A stretch of 64,000 nucleotides of DNA from Phallusia mammillata (Eukaryota). The first letter of the stretch is position 1, and each line of letters begins with the position of its first letter. This document shows, piece after piece, positions 38,001-52,500 of this stretch. A model generated the notes under the pieces. The model was not told where the DNA came from. It saw nothing but the letters and a program-made list of their open reading frames with translations, and did no database searches. Location: assembly GCA_965637545.1 (NCBI GenBank), contig OZ281495.1, forward strand, positions 26,846,001 through 26,910,000. The letters are read 5' to 3'. Made by a program: the position numbers and the translations under genes.

Positions 38001-38545
38001 TCATCATCTTAATTCATAAATTGGTTTGGGCGATTACAAAGCTTATTCGAACTTACCACCATGGAAATGGGTAAGAATGATTGCTTTAAGTGGTTTATTG
38101 ACGATTGTTTGATATTCCTTAAATATGTTAAGAGCCACGTTTCTGTTTTCGGTTGTGTCGACCACAATAACTCCGTATCTACCTGTAGAAACCGAGCATA
38201 GTATTTTAACGAAAAGATCTGAAATACTTGTGCACATTGGGTTAACAAAGTTCATTTTGTATTTGAAACAAAACATTTGGACCTGTATAAAATTGATTCA
38301 TGCCAACCATAAATACCTTCGATCATTATCATGTTTCCTAGCGCAAATCCAATTGCAACATGCACGCCGTCTGTTACTTTAACGATCCTTGCTTCGTCAA
38401 AAATTTTCGAGTGCTCGCGCAGTTTTTGCTCCACTGCGACCTCTGGCGAATGTTGTGCTATAAACTTCTTCGTCCGCTGGAGGAAGTAGCGAGCCGTCAA
38501 TGCCACGAACAACACAAACAACCCAAACTTTAACCAGGTTGTCAT
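35086..38545 (-). CDS. Alkyl sulfatase ALKS-B (SdsA1/BDS1-like), about 610 aa
   Basis: Exons 38545-38317, 38182-38057, 37912-37817, 36753-36580, 36293-35086, all phase 1 (1833 nt). Motifs THFHGDH, HTPGETDDQ, ADNVY, FPNLYAIRG, PSH, QEFYG. Confidence 0.92.
36964..36997 (-). ncRNA. Degenerate Penelope-type minimal hammerhead motif in ALKS-B intron 3
   Basis: Minus strand CTGATGAtggcatgagcatttgccGAAAcgtttg. Stem II ggca/tgcc is intact, stem I is poor and the triplet is GUU. Confidence 0.45.
37045..37361. mobile_element. hAT MITE in ALKS-B intron 3
   Basis: TIRs cagtgattctcaaact / agtttgagaaccactg; TSD ctttagtc / ctttagtg (7/8). Confidence 0.85.
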
Positions 38546-38915
38546 CGTATATCAACAAAAATAGCCTTCAATATATACAATTGCTGTTTCCACCATATAT
38601 CTCACATGCAAATGATAGATTTAATAAATATTGGCTTCTGATTCTGTTCAATGCAACGAAACGAAAAACGCATTAATGATTATTAAAAGATTTCACTTAA
38701 ACATCTGTAAATAGCATATTTTCTCTCATTCTCCGGCTTACCGCACTTTGTTTATTCCGCATGCAACTGAATGTTTAGCGCGATTACTACATACCATGCG
38801 TGTTTACAAGTTATTCGCGCCTGTTCTACAAGCCAAGCTCATGTTGTATAAGTGGGCCCAGCGAGGCGCTACCTACTGATGGCCACGAAATTAGAGAAAT
38901 CTCTTTTCTCTAAGG

Positions 38916-39357
38916 CAGGGGTTCCCAACCGGTGGTACGCGTACCACTAGTGGTACGCGAAGGTTTTTCAGGTGGTACGCAAGTAGCTTCCGTTTTTTCA
39001 CAAAAACCTTGATTCACAACTTTATATTTTGTTTATCTGGTTTTGTTTACATTTTTTTCTGATGCCTATTGTTATTGTTACGTAACTATTCCTGCTGTTT
39101 CGTATCATTATGATCTTCACAATACAGGTCATGTCAATTTTTAACAAGAAGCACAGTTGCTTTGAAAAGCCGTGCAACGCTGTGGGACAGTGGGTTAATT
39201 TTGTCAAATGATTGCTCTTGGTAGATATCCTCTACTGCTTATAGCTTAAACAAATAGCGTTTGATTCGATTAAATTAGTTGTTCTGCAAGAAGTGGTACG
39301 CGTGGCAGTACAGAGCGTCCAAGTGGTACGAGATCGTAAAAAGGTTGGGAACCCCTG
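38916..39357. mobile_element. hAT MITE (gtggtacgcg family) upstream of ALKS-B
   Basis: TIRs caggggttcccaacc / ggttgggaacccctg; perfect TSD ctctaagg. Confidence 0.9.
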
Positions 39358-41084
39358 CTCTAAGGGGTCGGAGTTTAAGGAATGCATCGTAAATTGTCGA
39401 GCAAATAAACGGACAATGCCGTTATTGGCCAGGAACAAAGAAGATTACGTTTTTGTTTAGACAACTTTTTTTCTTACGAGGACAAAGCAAATTTTAGACC
39501 GTAATACAACAAATATTTGAGATATTCGTTTTCTGCATTACTACTGCAGAACTTGCGAACTATATGCTCAATAATTTCACTTCTAAGCCTACATCACAAT
39601 ACATTTGGACGTTTAAAGAATTCGGATGGTTTAACTGCAATGATTTTTGTCTGATCAAAAAATTTGTCTAAAAAGCAGTTTATCATGTCACTGATGATCC
39701 TATGAGCTTTTGCTAAAATCGTCAAGAATAAAGCATGTCGCTTTCTGCCTTTATTTTTACAATAAACTGTGTTACACTTAAAGCATTTTGTTGGTTACAG
39801 AAAGCTACACTGACTCTGCAAAAGCGCTGTGAGGTTCATGGTCAGAACATAAAACGTAATTTCGGTATGCAACTTTGTACCATCACGACTAAAGCAGGTC
39901 ATACTTTGAACGTTATTACCACTTTTACTCTGTCTGCTTCAGGAAGACTGGCGCGCGGGTCGCATGCGGCGTAGCTTTTGTGCCGCCTGCGAACAAATTC
40001 TGCATATATATCATCGAAACGATTGCAGTACATTATTTGCACATCATCAAGTAGAACGTCGTTGTATCTATCGTGAGCCAACAACAGCCTTTCCGCTCTT
40101 AATGGCGACATAAACAAATTCTCTTAGTTGCAAACATCGGCACTTGCAGCAATTTCAAAGGAGTTGTAACTGAGTGCTAGCAGATTTGCTTGGTGGTAAT
40201 CTTATTTAGATCTTAAAACATGAGGTAAATTAGAATAGAAAATTCAGCCCTTGTTTACAAAAGTTTCTCTCCTGTGCGGCCTGCCAAGTATTTGTTATCC
40301 TAATATGGCCCACCCTACTATAGGTTAACTTAAACGGCGTGACGTACGTCGACTGTGAATTGCTCAAAGAAGAACTTACATGTGCTTGGGAAATTGACTA
40401 TAAAGCAAAATAACGCCTTTTAAGGTCTGGTGTTCTCTGATCTATTTAATATAGCGTGACTTTATCGGCGGTTACATGAAAACATGTTCATAACTTTGCC
40501 TGTGTACAAATTATTATGCCTCGTTAGAAAAATCTATTAAATTAAGTATTTTGAGTTTTTGTCTTTTTATCCAACTTGGTTTAAATGCATTATTGATCCA
40601 TTTTTTTCAAATTCCAAGTGCCGGCCTCTAAGTTTAACGATGATTGTTTGCGGTACAACGCTCTCGATCAAACCGAGCCTAAAATGCTGAATCACGAATT
40701 GCCGGTATCAATCGAATGTAGGGCAAAGTGATTAAACAAACCTGCTCTTGGGGTTGACCTTTGCCTTAATAACGTCGTGATGAATCGTGGTAGTTCTCGC
40801 AATCGACGTTACAGCGATTACAAACTTCAACTGCTTAAAGGACATAACCAGGCGAAAGTTTGCATAACCGTTTTCACTATCATGAGTAAATTTCAACAGC
40901 TGTCAGTGTGGCGAAATTTTTGGGTAATTACACGTTACAATGAGTTTTATCTGATAAAATAATATAGCCTACTCGTGGCTAAAATTTCAAATCATTACAT
41001 AACTTAAGTCATGAAATTACCTGAACGTTTTGAAAATAATTTGTTTGTGACTTCGCCACTAAGATTAATAGGTTTTGTGTCACC

Positions 41085-41400
41085 CAGAGTTGTTAGTCGG
41101 GCCGAGTTTGCGTTAGGTTTTTTCAAAGAAACAGACTTGATGCGGGCCAATCTGAGTCGGTATTTTTCTTTTGAATACATTTAACTAGCTAGCCAGTTGC
41201 CGGACCTGACCTCATGTCAAACAGCCCTAAAACGACTTGTTCAAGACCCACTGTCTATTATTGTTTATTGTGTTTGTTGTTTGTCTTTCCTACGTATAGG
41301 ACCCGTCAATCAAACTTTCGGGCCTATACGGGCTTCTCAAAAACGATTCGGGTTCGGGCCACGTTTCGGGCTTCAATTTTACGCCCGTTTACAAATCTCT
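41085..41400. mobile_element. MITE-like repeat (agagttgt...gcccgtttacaa family)
   Basis: aaaaacgattcgggttcgggc and the cc.gtttacaa terminus are shared with 23100-23225. Confidence 0.5.
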
Positions 41401-42035
41401 CGTCGGCGCAATGGTTTTCTGCGCTAGGTAAATATTCTATAAAGCTTAACAAATATAGGCCTATACCACTTTTTCTCAAAATGGTGTCTTCACATTTTTC
41501 AGGGAGTTCGTGGACTAACTGCCAACAAATATAACCATGATTCTCTTAGAGGTTTAATTGAAACATAGTTCAGAAGTAAGTCAACTTCTCACGTTAGGCT
41601 ACGAATCAGTGGATGATTTTACATTACTGGTTTGCATTTGTGAATTCGTGCATTATTAGAAGAACATACAGATTGAATCGTTATTCAAAGCATTTTATCC
41701 TACAAAAGTATTTTTTGACAATTCCGAACAAACTCAGTTATAGTCAGTATAAGCATAACAGACTTTAAATTTAAAGAAGTCTAAATATTTGTCCACATTG
41801 AACACAGGTTTCCGGTAAAGCGAATGTGTTAATGCAAGTCCATGTTCAGTTCACCCCAAGGGGAGATTTGACCTTTGCTCTTGGCAAAACAAACACTATT
41901 TGGACACTAGCTTTGTTGCGTCTTTTATGCAAAAAATACATTTTCTTAGACAAAATTACACGGACTGCTCTGAACAAAATAGGTAGGTACAACGTACAGA
42001 AAAATTAATAGAAAGAGACAATAAGAAACTAAAGC

Positions 42036-43223
42036 TCAGTTCATTGTATCGGTGATTGCTTTAAAACTTATCATACTTCCATCAACTACTATATCCCCGG
42101 ACACGTAAGCCCCCATTCCACTGCGTTCTTTGTTCATCAAGTCACGCCATACTTGTGACGTCATCATCAATTTGACGTCATATGCTTCGGGGAAACGCGC
42201 GTCGTGGTCGATGTATTCAATCATGCAATTGCGAAATAAGAATCCGTACGTTTTGTCCAAGTCGGTGAAATGTAAAACGACTGCGATTTTGCTAAAAGAG
42301 TCGCATTTTTCTGGATTCATTTTCATAGTGAAAAGACGTAACAAATCACCAATCTCCATTTTGTTAATTAGGACCTTTTTTGCGTTGTCAATCTTAAGTG
42401 TAATGAAACTTCCGTCAAGTTCTGCTGCGCACGACAAGTAGTAGTTTTTTGCGCAAATGCTTATGGAGTAACGAGCCATCATCATTAGAGCATGTATCTT
42501 TGCTTTCCTTGCCCGTTCGTACTCTCTGCTGCCCACCAGCGAGATTACCAGCGCGGCGTTAGCAACCTCCAGTGCCCATTGACTTTCGATGTAGAGCACT
42601 TGTCCGGTCTTACGGAAATGATCCATTGACTTTTTCATGTTTCGCTCAGAGCTCTGAATCATCGCATCCACGCCACTATTGCTATTACCAATACTGTCTT
42701 CTAGCATTTCTTTGTTTTTCTGTGCTCTTTTGTCTAATAGTGAGAGGATATATTTCGTGAGCTTCTCCACTAAACCAGCCAGTGTAGTTTGCATAAACAG
42801 CTCGCACAGCCCATTCCACTGTACTGTAAAAGTCCTTTAGATGTGGCAGATTGGAGAGAGATAGGGGCAGTTTTACTTTCCGCACTATATCGCCCACGTT
42901 CAACCCTCGTTGGTCAGTCTGTCCGTTTGATCGTGGACGAACTGAATTCCATCTCGGTATTGTCAAAAACTCAAATATTTTTGCTTGGTTGTTCATTGGA
43001 GGCATATTTGCTGGAATCAAGTGCTCTGGTTACAAGTAGCGAAGTTTATCGATGCTCGTATACCAGTCAACTGCATTTCGAGGGAAGTCGGATTTTAAAG
43101 CACCAATATCAGGAAAAGATTCATAAATGGTGTCGGCAGGAAGAAGTGCCCGCTTTTCAAGAATCCAAACTACTATTTGATCTGGAGTTTCTCCGGGAAT
43201 GTGTATTACCTTCAGTTTTACCC
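42036..43223 (-). pseudogene. ALKS-psi: pseudogenised orphan copy of the alkyl sulfatase last exon
   Basis: Intact acceptor (cag 43226-24) then GVKLKVIHIPGETPDQ. In-frame TAA at RYL*PE, metal His lost (PANM vs PAHM), several frameshifts (ORF track splits into 43280-42789, 43020-42685, 42794-42036). No copies of exons 1-4 between it and ALKS-C. Confidence 0.85.
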
Positions 43224-44370
43224 CTGTTCATAAACAGTGTATTGGCACATGTTGCCCTTTACGAACTCCAGGGAAACTAGAGTTGCATTTTAAGGTTACC
43301 GTAAAACTTTAAAGTAAAAGTAAATATTTTTTTTATGTAAATACGATAAATATGTTTAATTCAAGTTGATTAAACCATAAAAAACCTAAAAAGGAATTCA
43401 AAATCCCCGCTAAATTCTTTAATAGAAACCCATAGCAACAAATCCTTGTAATAATCACATTTAGCTGGAGCGGGTTGACCCACAAACTGTTCCCTTTTTT
43501 TTCGCAACCATTTCCAAATTGGTGATGGTTTTTGCGTAATTCTGACACTTGTACCCAGAAAAGAAATGTTAACCCAATTCAAGCTATTGCGAAGGAATAA
43601 AAAAATCCCTAAGTAAAAAAATCAAACCCAAATCTGACTGCTGCCTGCCTGACCCATTACCCAGTGACACCTGAATAAGTGTGCACTGGATACACCGCTT
43701 TGAGCTTCAAACTTTTATTGCTGAGCAATGTTTGTTTTACAAGAACCTGAGCAATACCGGTACTTGGCAATATTTACAGGCGAACTTCCAGTTGCCTGCT
43801 GGTTCAACTATGCAGGTGCTATGTGCCTATGTCAGGGCCGTTGCCTGTATGTGTAAACACGATTTTCTTTTATCCTGTGTCTAGTTTAGAAACACTGAAT
43901 TTTTAAATCAATTACGGTTCAACTTGGCCTGAATACAAAAATTTGTAATTTTAGGTAATTAACGTTGTGATTTAAGCCTTTTTTATATAAATGTAGAGTA
44001 ACTTTAATAACAAAAACATAACTGCCAGAGTACTTGTGTATATTCAACGTTGCATTCACCTTTTTTTCTAAGTGGTTATATAAATCCGGTTCTAGCTCGA
44101 TTGACAAAATCAACATTTATTAACAAAATCAGCTCCATTCGACAGACAAGACAAAATTGCATAAACCGTATCAATACAATATAAATACTGAACGGAAAAG
44201 CACAACACTGAACAGAAATGATGTGATGGAAAATAGGAGGCAGCTTTTGGGCAAAAAAGCGCTTTTTGACACTGGATTGAAATGGAAATACACAATACTT
44301 ACTGGAAGCTCAACGAAACAACAACAAACCAGAAAAAAAGACAAAGGAAATTAAAAACCACAACAATAGA

Positions 44371-47300
44371 TTATTTCATTGTATCTGTGATTGCTTTAAA
44401 ACTCATCATACTTCCATCAACAACCATATCTCCAGACATGTAAGCTGACATTCCACCTCGCTCCTTGCTCGATAAGTCACGCCATACTTGTGACGTCATT
44501 GTCAGCTTGACGTCATACGTTTCAGGGAGGCGAGCGTTATCGTCGATGTATTCAATAACGCAATTACGAAGTAAAAAGCCGTAGGTTTTGTTTAAGTCGG
44601 TGAAATATAAAATAGCTGTGATCTTTTTGTATGAGTCGCATTTTTCGGGATTTACTCTCCTGGTGAAAAGAGTCAACAAGTCGGTAATTTCCATCTTGTT
44701 GATTGCCACTTTTCTCGCCTTTCCAAAGTCCGGTATGTTGAAACTTCCGTCAAGCTCTGCGGCACACGAGAGGTAGTAGTTTTTGGCATTAATGCCCTCA
44801 GAATAACGAGCCATTATCAACAAGGCATTTATCTTGGCCCTTTTTGCCCGTTCATTCTCTCTGCTACCATCTTGTGATACAACAATGGCAGCGTTGGCGA
44901 CCTCTAGTGCCCATTGACTTTCAATGAACAAAATATTTCCAGTCTGTTTGAAATGATCCATTGACTTTATAGCGTTTTGTTCAGAACTTTGAATCATGGC
45001 ATCCAAGCCAGTAGAATTGCAAGTGTAATCTTCTAGCATTTCTTTTGTTTTCTGAGCTCGCTCCTTTATTGTCAGAGGGTGGACGTCGTGGGCTTCTCCA
45101 CTAAACCATCCAGTGTAGTTTGCATAAACAGCCCGCACAGCCCATTCCACCGTTCCGTACAAACCCCTCAAATGCGGCAGATTGACGAGCGAGGGTGGCA
45201 GTTTCACTTTCCGCACGATGTCGCTCACGTGCAATCCCTCATTGATTAAACGAACAGTTTGATCGTGAACGAACTGAATTCCATCTCGGTACGTGGTCAG
45301 AAACTCAAATATTTTTGCTTGGTTGTTCATTGGAGGCATATGTGCTGGAATCAAGTAGTCTGGTTGCAAGTAGCGAAGTTTATCGATGCTCGTATACCAG
45401 TCAACTGCACTTCGAGGAAAGTCTCCTCTCAGCGGACTAATGTTTGGAAAGGCCTGGTAAATGGTATCAGCAGGTAGAATGGCTCGTTTTCCAGGAATCC
45501 AAACCGCAACTTGGTCGGTGGTCTCTCCAGGAATGTGAATCAACTTTAATTGCACCCCTGTTTAAACAAAACAAAAAGGTTTTTTATGTTGTCTGGTTTT
45601 AATCCAACTGCTAACAGAAATAAAGAGTTAATCATACACCCTAAAACCAAACAGACGACGTGGTTTTGTACAACATAACCGAAAATTAACTTATAGTCAT
45701 TTGTGTCTTAATAATCGTACATGTGATGCATATTGGTAAATCGGATATACAGCAAACAGTAAGTATAGGACGGGTTAAGAGTTTTAAGTACAACACTTTA
45801 TATGTTGTAATGTACCGAATATTCTGTTTGTAGAATTTCCTCGGCCGAATCTATTTTTTTTCTATTTTGTTTGGCAAACCTGCCGTATCTTCGGTTGCGA
45901 CCAGAACCCAAATTATGCTGATTCGGCGCGTTACTAACTATTTGTGCTTTGTGAAAGACTCTGGTCTTTTTCATTTAAGGTTATCCTTTCTACTGTGTTA
46001 GTTTTACCGCCATTGATATCAAATAGGACGATAACACTGATACCTGCAACTGTAGTTTCGAGGATATCGTCCACTACGTGTGTCGGTTGAAGATCAACGA
46101 ACTGTTGAGTTCCTTTAAGTCGCAGTTTTGGTCCGGGAACCGTGCGCTTTGCTTTTTCATTGAGGCCAATCCCGAATTGTTTGATGGCACGACGAACTCC
46201 AGATTGTGAGGTAATTACTACATATAAAAACAAAATCATGTAAAAATGACAATTCCTTAGACTCTTGAGAATTTAATATAACCCCCATGTACAGCCTCAT
46301 CACGTAATGTTCTGCACCGTTTGACAGAAAACAAAAACTGATGCAAGCCAAGACCGTATACTTTACGTTCTTACACTCTTAGCTTCTGTCGAAAGCACTC
46401 CTATTGTCTATTACAGTGGTTCTACATTGACTCTACTTTTAGAATATCAAACGAGTATGCGGCATTCAGCGGTAAACTTACTAGTCATTAAACTAAAAAC
46501 TCAATTAAGTAATATATTTGTTTAAACAAAATGGTAGTATTTCTAGTACTAATGTACTTTTCGAAAAGCTTTATAATTTCTTTCAAATGTCAAAAATATA
46601 AAAAAATATAAAATTTCAGGTCGTTTTGTAATAATAATAATAACAATTTGTCATAATAATAACAATTGTAATTGCCACAGTGAATACGAAAAAATCTTGC
46701 TACCCACGAAAAAGACAAATAGCATCAGAGTGCCTGGGTTATTGTATGTCACGTTGCTATATATTTACCGTCTTTGCACTCTTTCTAGTCAAAACTGTTG
46801 TTTCTAGCTCACTAGTTGTTGACTTTTCTGCCACCGCTACCACTGTAAAACACATAATAGATCTAATTTGCCCAATTTGTGATTTGCCTTCCAGACGCCA
46901 TTTTTCTCCTTGACCCAACAAACACAACAGTAGCTGATGACTCAACGTCTAATATGTGCTACCTAATAATAATTTAATTACTACATAATACTAACTACAC
47001 AATACTACTACTAACTACCATTATTAACTTCTACTAACGCTACTAATCTGTAATACCTGCATATCGCCGTGAAAAGCAACCCCTAGGACTGTATGTGCCT
47101 CTGAACTGCCGTCGATTTTGATGACCTTACCCCTTTTCTGAAAAACAGTGATCGTATAGCTATCTGAATGTGTTTACCCGAAAATTTCGTTACCCAATTC
47201 TCAATACTTACAGCTCCTTGACACTTCTTTTGTGGTCAGTCTGTGCGCATAAACTTCCACTGGGCCCTCTGCGTTTTTCAGCAGCCAATCAACACCACGA

Positions 47301-49512
47301 ATGTGATCTAAAATTAAGAAACACGACTTGATAAAAGTTCACAAAGGAGCTATAAAAACCTTGTAAAAGTTGTTATTTACCCAAATGGAAATGTGTGAGA
47401 ATAATTGCCTTTAGAGGTTTCTTGGAGATTTTTCGAAACTCGAGCATGACTTCTTCAATAACCTCTGCACTTTCCGTAGTGTCGACGATTATGATTCCGT
47501 CCTCTCCTAAACTTTCAGAAAAACAACAACAAGTGTATGTCTATCATACATATTAAATGGTGCAAAATGGAGTTAAAATAAAGCATTAAGGGTTTTCATT
47601 TCAACGAGCTTCGTTTAAGAAACCGAACATAGAATTTTATTTTGACTTTCAGCGCTTTGAATTATCCGTTTGTATTAACCTTTGAACTTTAGGTAGATTC
47701 GAGTTGTTGGAAGTCAAGTAAGTATTACTCTTAAAAACTTTAACTTCAACTAAATAGCTTAAAAGGGCCTATTTATGCCAATATTTTACTAAATCATAGA
47801 ACACACTATATCAAAGCAAAAGAAAAATAAAGAAAATGACACAGAGAGATCTTGTCGGTAACGCTTAGAGAGCACATTAATAATATTCAAGTTGACCATG
47901 TTTTTTTTTCAGTGGTCTGAACCAGGGAGTCGAACCGGAACTGAACCCGAACCCGCGAACCGGTTTGAGCGGTTAATTTCATTAAACCCGAACCGAACCC
48001 GAACCGCTAAATACGATTTTCTAAAAACCCGAACCGGAGTTGAACCCCATGTTTTGTTTTGCGTTGGACCCGAACCGGAACTGAACCAGTAAAAAAATGC
48101 AGCGTGTTTCATATTTTCAAAACATCGCACTAAACTGACTAAAGTATACGCGAGATAACACTTATAGGGCGTGTCAAAAATAACAGTGCACGGTGAAAAT
48201 AATTTTGGAGTTTGATAAGGCCAGGTAGATGATGGGTAGAATTAAATTAAATCGAATGAAAATTTGAACCGGTTTAAAAACCGCAAACCGGATCGGACCG
48301 AATAATTTGCCCAAACCGGAACAAAACCCGAACCCGAAAATATACATTTTTAAAAACCTGAACCGAACCCGAACCCTTAAAAACAAAACGAAGTGAACCC
48401 GAACCTAACCCGAATCTTAAAAATCGAACGAAGTGAACCCGAACCGAACCTGAACCCGCATAACAAGCGGTTCGACTCCCTGGTCTGAACGACAAAAAGC
48501 CAACCTAGGTTAATTATTACCCTGCAAAATCATTTCACAACCAGAGTTGACTTGTCGGCTACATTGCTTTCACTTTTAAGACATGTTTTGTGCGAGTAAT
48601 TTGCAGTTACAAAAAATTAATTTATGAATTAGTTAAAAATTTGTAAATTAATAAATTAGTTTAACCACCTATCCCCAGAATGCTTTCAGTTTTCTCAACA
48701 TTTTTTCACAGAAAGATTTACACTCAGAATGCTCTGATCACATCAATGCATTTGTCATAACATGGTTTTGGTTGTTACCAACATCCAACCCCTTTCTAAT
48801 TATATTAAATGCGCAGCAAAATCCCATGACACCATAGACAGGGTGGGGTTTTTAGCCTTCTGTGGTAACAGACATGGTTTACCTGTGCATAAAGTCTGCT
48901 GACTCTTGGGTAAACTCTTGTAAATCACTTTACACAGAATAAGGCAGCGAAACATTACTACAAATTAAAACGAGTGTTGCAAAACAAAAAAGTTCAGAAT
49001 CCAAATTTATTTCTTTTTTCAGATTATGAGTTTGCTTGTGTAATGGGGTACTTAATTGCAATTTTAAGACAAATCCAAAGAATTGTTTACCTTATAGGTA
49101 ACGTTTTTACCTTATAGAGTGTTTACCCTATAGGTAACGCCTTGAAACTATTGCGCACACCCCACACATATCCGCGAACCTCAGTTTGGGAACCACTGCA
49201 CTTTAGGGTCATCTACACTGTCTGTCTATAGCCCACGAAAGACATTAAATTTATGTTATGACGTAACATATTGACTGTACCTTCTATCATAATCACATTG
49301 CTCAGTGCATAGTTCATCGCCACGTATATTCCATCCGTCGCCTTCTCAATGGATTTCGAATAGTTGTGTTGGTTTTTCGCTTCTTGCCACAGCTCCTCCC
49401 AGTCTTGCGATGCGGCCGACGGTCGGGCGACATCGGCGTGATCGGCGAACCAAACGCGATAACAGAGTGCGACACACAACGATACAATTGCAAGTTCGAG
49501 CAACTTGGACAT
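44371..49512 (-). CDS. Alkyl sulfatase ALKS-C (SdsA1/BDS1-like, divergent subclass), about 604 aa
   Basis: Exons 49512-49281, 47506-47381, 47307-47212, 46217-46044, 45557-44371, all phase 1 (1815 nt). Motifs THFHLDH, HIPGETTDQ, ADTIY, FPNISPLRGDFPR, PAH. Confidence 0.9.
47923..48482. mobile_element. hAT MITE with gaaccc/gaaccg subterminal repeats in ALKS-C intron 1
   Basis: 14-bp perfect TIRs cagggagtcgaacc / ggttcgactccctg; perfect TSD gtctgaac (47915-22, 48483-90). Confidence 0.92.
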
Positions 49513-52500
49513 AGTTATCTGCCACAAAACACATAATAGTTGTGTTTTCAGAACATGTAAGGCAGTGGGTACACTTGGGTAAAGCTGGCTGGGTTTCTGC
49601 AAATGTGTAATTATGTGTACACAAGCTATAAGTACAAGCTATACCTAAAGCATGTTCCTTCAATTCAGTTAGGCACAATAAGCAATATAGGGGTTTCAAA
49701 TGTGCAATCAAGAACAAGAACCCTTTATCTTAAAATAAAGTTAAAGTGTTAAATAATATATAAGCACATAATGTGGGAATACATACAACTTTAAGAAACC
49801 TAAAGGGAATTTTGCTTACTATTGTTTTATATCCTACACATTTTGTATTGTTTGCATTGCTATAAATGTATAAAGGTTAAACATTACATTTTAAACTGCC
49901 TGTCAACTGCAATTTTTTGCTGAAACTGCTTGTATTTTGGGTTATGGAAGATATATATGTACATATATATTTAACAATTATGACAAATCTGACTCCCAAG
50001 TTATGCAAAACCAAACCAATCAAAGATAATTGTATGTAACCTCATTTAAACAACACAACAAAAAATAACTGGCAAAGTTCAAAAACACCCTTACTTCACT
50101 TCCTACTTTATCAACACACTTCCTACTTTATCATTTCTATTTAATCTCCACATTTTAATTTCCATCTTTTCAAATACTTTTGTTCATATTGTGGCATGTT
50201 CAATGGTTTGTTTACACAATGGGGCTATGTTGGACATCAGCCAAACAAGCTTGCATTGTATAGCAAACACGATCTTTGCTTACCAGCTTACCTCCCAAAG
50301 CAGTTATCCATTATGTGAAGGTCAGTAAACATTGCTTTCCGATATCAGGACAATTGCTGGACATGTGCACACTGTAGGGCCTAATAAGTGTCTGCATTCA
50401 TAAAATGGTTATGACTACATAAGCATCCTTCGCAAAAGTGGAAAACGTTCTGGCCATCTGACTAAACATATTTAGGTAATCTAAAGCACATAATAGAGGA
50501 AACTCTTCTGCCGGAAGAGTTGCGAATCGGAAAACGCCAGCCCGCAAACTTTTGCTGCCATAAATGCTGTTGAAATTCTGTTTGTTGCTTCAAAGTTTGC
50601 AGTCTTGCAAGCCTAAGCAAAATGATTACCTAAAATCATTAATATCTACCATTATAAACAAAACCTAGTATTTGGAAACCAAGAAACACCACTTGTATAC
50701 TTTGCAGCATCATTGTAAAAGTTTTAAATAATATTTTTCAACTTTTCAACTACTTAAGTTAACGAGACAAAAATGCCTGCCCGCCATCTTTTGTCATTAC
50801 GTCACAGCGCTCAAACCGCGTCTCCGTGTGAAATGTTTCTCCTGGCAGGAACAACGAAGCCGCGCAAAGATCCAAATAACTCAGGTTGCAACGTACAAGC
50901 GCCGGCCACAAAACTGCTGTTTACCTACTTGCGATGCGCCTTTACTATACCCACTACAGGCGCTTTCATTTGACAGTCAAACTAAACGCGAGTTTACCGC
51001 TAAGCAAAAGATTTAACATGTGAAAATACACCACTGTGCACCTAACGGAGTCCAAAACATGAATCTATTGCCACACCAGGCGGAAAGTTTAATCCAAGCG
51101 AGCGAGGTGAGCTCAGTCAGCGGGTTCACTGGATTGGATGACACGCCCCTTTGCGAAACAGGCGCTAGTGGGCTGAAATCGATCAACTGGATCGCGGTCG
51201 CCAGTTTACGCTAGGATTCTAGACAACACGTTGCCCTTTTTTTCTGTCGCTGATCGATATTCAACAAAAGGGCGTAAAAACTTTGCCGTTGGAAAGCTTA
51301 TGTACGTACGTAAAAATGTAAAAATGTCCCTGTACGTAAAATCGGTGCTTTTTATTCTGTTTCAACGACCGAAATGTCATGTTTTTGTAAAGTTGTCCAT
51401 TAAACACTGGGCCTTATAAATGGTAGTATTTGCAGTTGCCAAATTAAAACGAGTGTTGCAAAACAAAAAAGTTCAGAATCCAAATTTATTTCTTTTTTCA
51501 GATTATGAGTTTGCTTGTGTAATGGGGTACTTAATTGCAATTTTAAGACAAATCCAAAGAATTGTTTACCTTATAGGTAACGTTTTTACCTTATAGAGTG
51601 TTTACCTTATAGGTAACGCTTTAAAATTTTTGCGCACACCCCACACATATCCGCGAACCTCAGTTTGGGAACCACTGCACTTTAGGGTCATCTACACTGT
51701 CTGTCTATAGCCCACGAAAGACATTAAATTTATGTTATGACGTAACATATTGACTGTATCTTCTATCATAATCACATTGCTCAGTGCATAGTTCATCGCC
51801 ACGTATATTCCATCCGTCGCCTTCTCAATGGATTTCGAATAGTTGTGTTGGTTTTTCGCTTCTTGCCACAGCTCCTCCCAGTCTTGCGATGCGGCCGACG
51901 GTCGGGCGACATCGGCGTGATCGGCGAACCAAACGCGATAACAGAGTGCGACACACAACGATACAATTGCAAGTTCGAGCAACTTGGACATAGTTATCTG
52001 CCACAAAACACATAATAGTTGTGTTTTCAGAACATGTAAGGCAGTGGGTACACTTGGGTAAAGCTGGCTGGGTTTCTGCAAATGTGTAATTATGTGTACA
52101 CAAGCTATAAGTACAAGCTATACCTAAAGCATGTTCCTTCAATTCAGTTAGGCACAATAAGCAATATAGGGGTTTCAAATGTGCAATCAAGAACAAGAAC
52201 CCTTTATCTTAAAATAAAGTTAAAGTGTTCACTGGATTGGATGACACGCCCCTTTGCGAAACAGGCGCTAGTGGGCTGAAATCGATCAACTGGATCGCGG
52301 TCGCCAGTTTACGCTAGGATTCTAGACAACACGTTGCCCTTTTTTTCTGTCGCTGATCGATATTCAACAAAAGGGCGTAAAAACTTTGCCGTTGGAAAGC
52401 TTATGTACGTACGTAAAAATGTAAAAATGTCCCTGTACGTAAAATCGGTGCTTTTTATTCTGTTTCAACGACCGAAATGTCATGTTTTTGTAAAGTTGTC

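Noticed and set aside
50430-50600. Minus-strand LPAEEFPLL...MF...TFS resembling a Buster/hAT transposase C-terminus
   Set aside because: Similarity is a few residues in a stop-interrupted frame; it needs a profile search (Dimer_Tnp_hAT) before it can be claimed.
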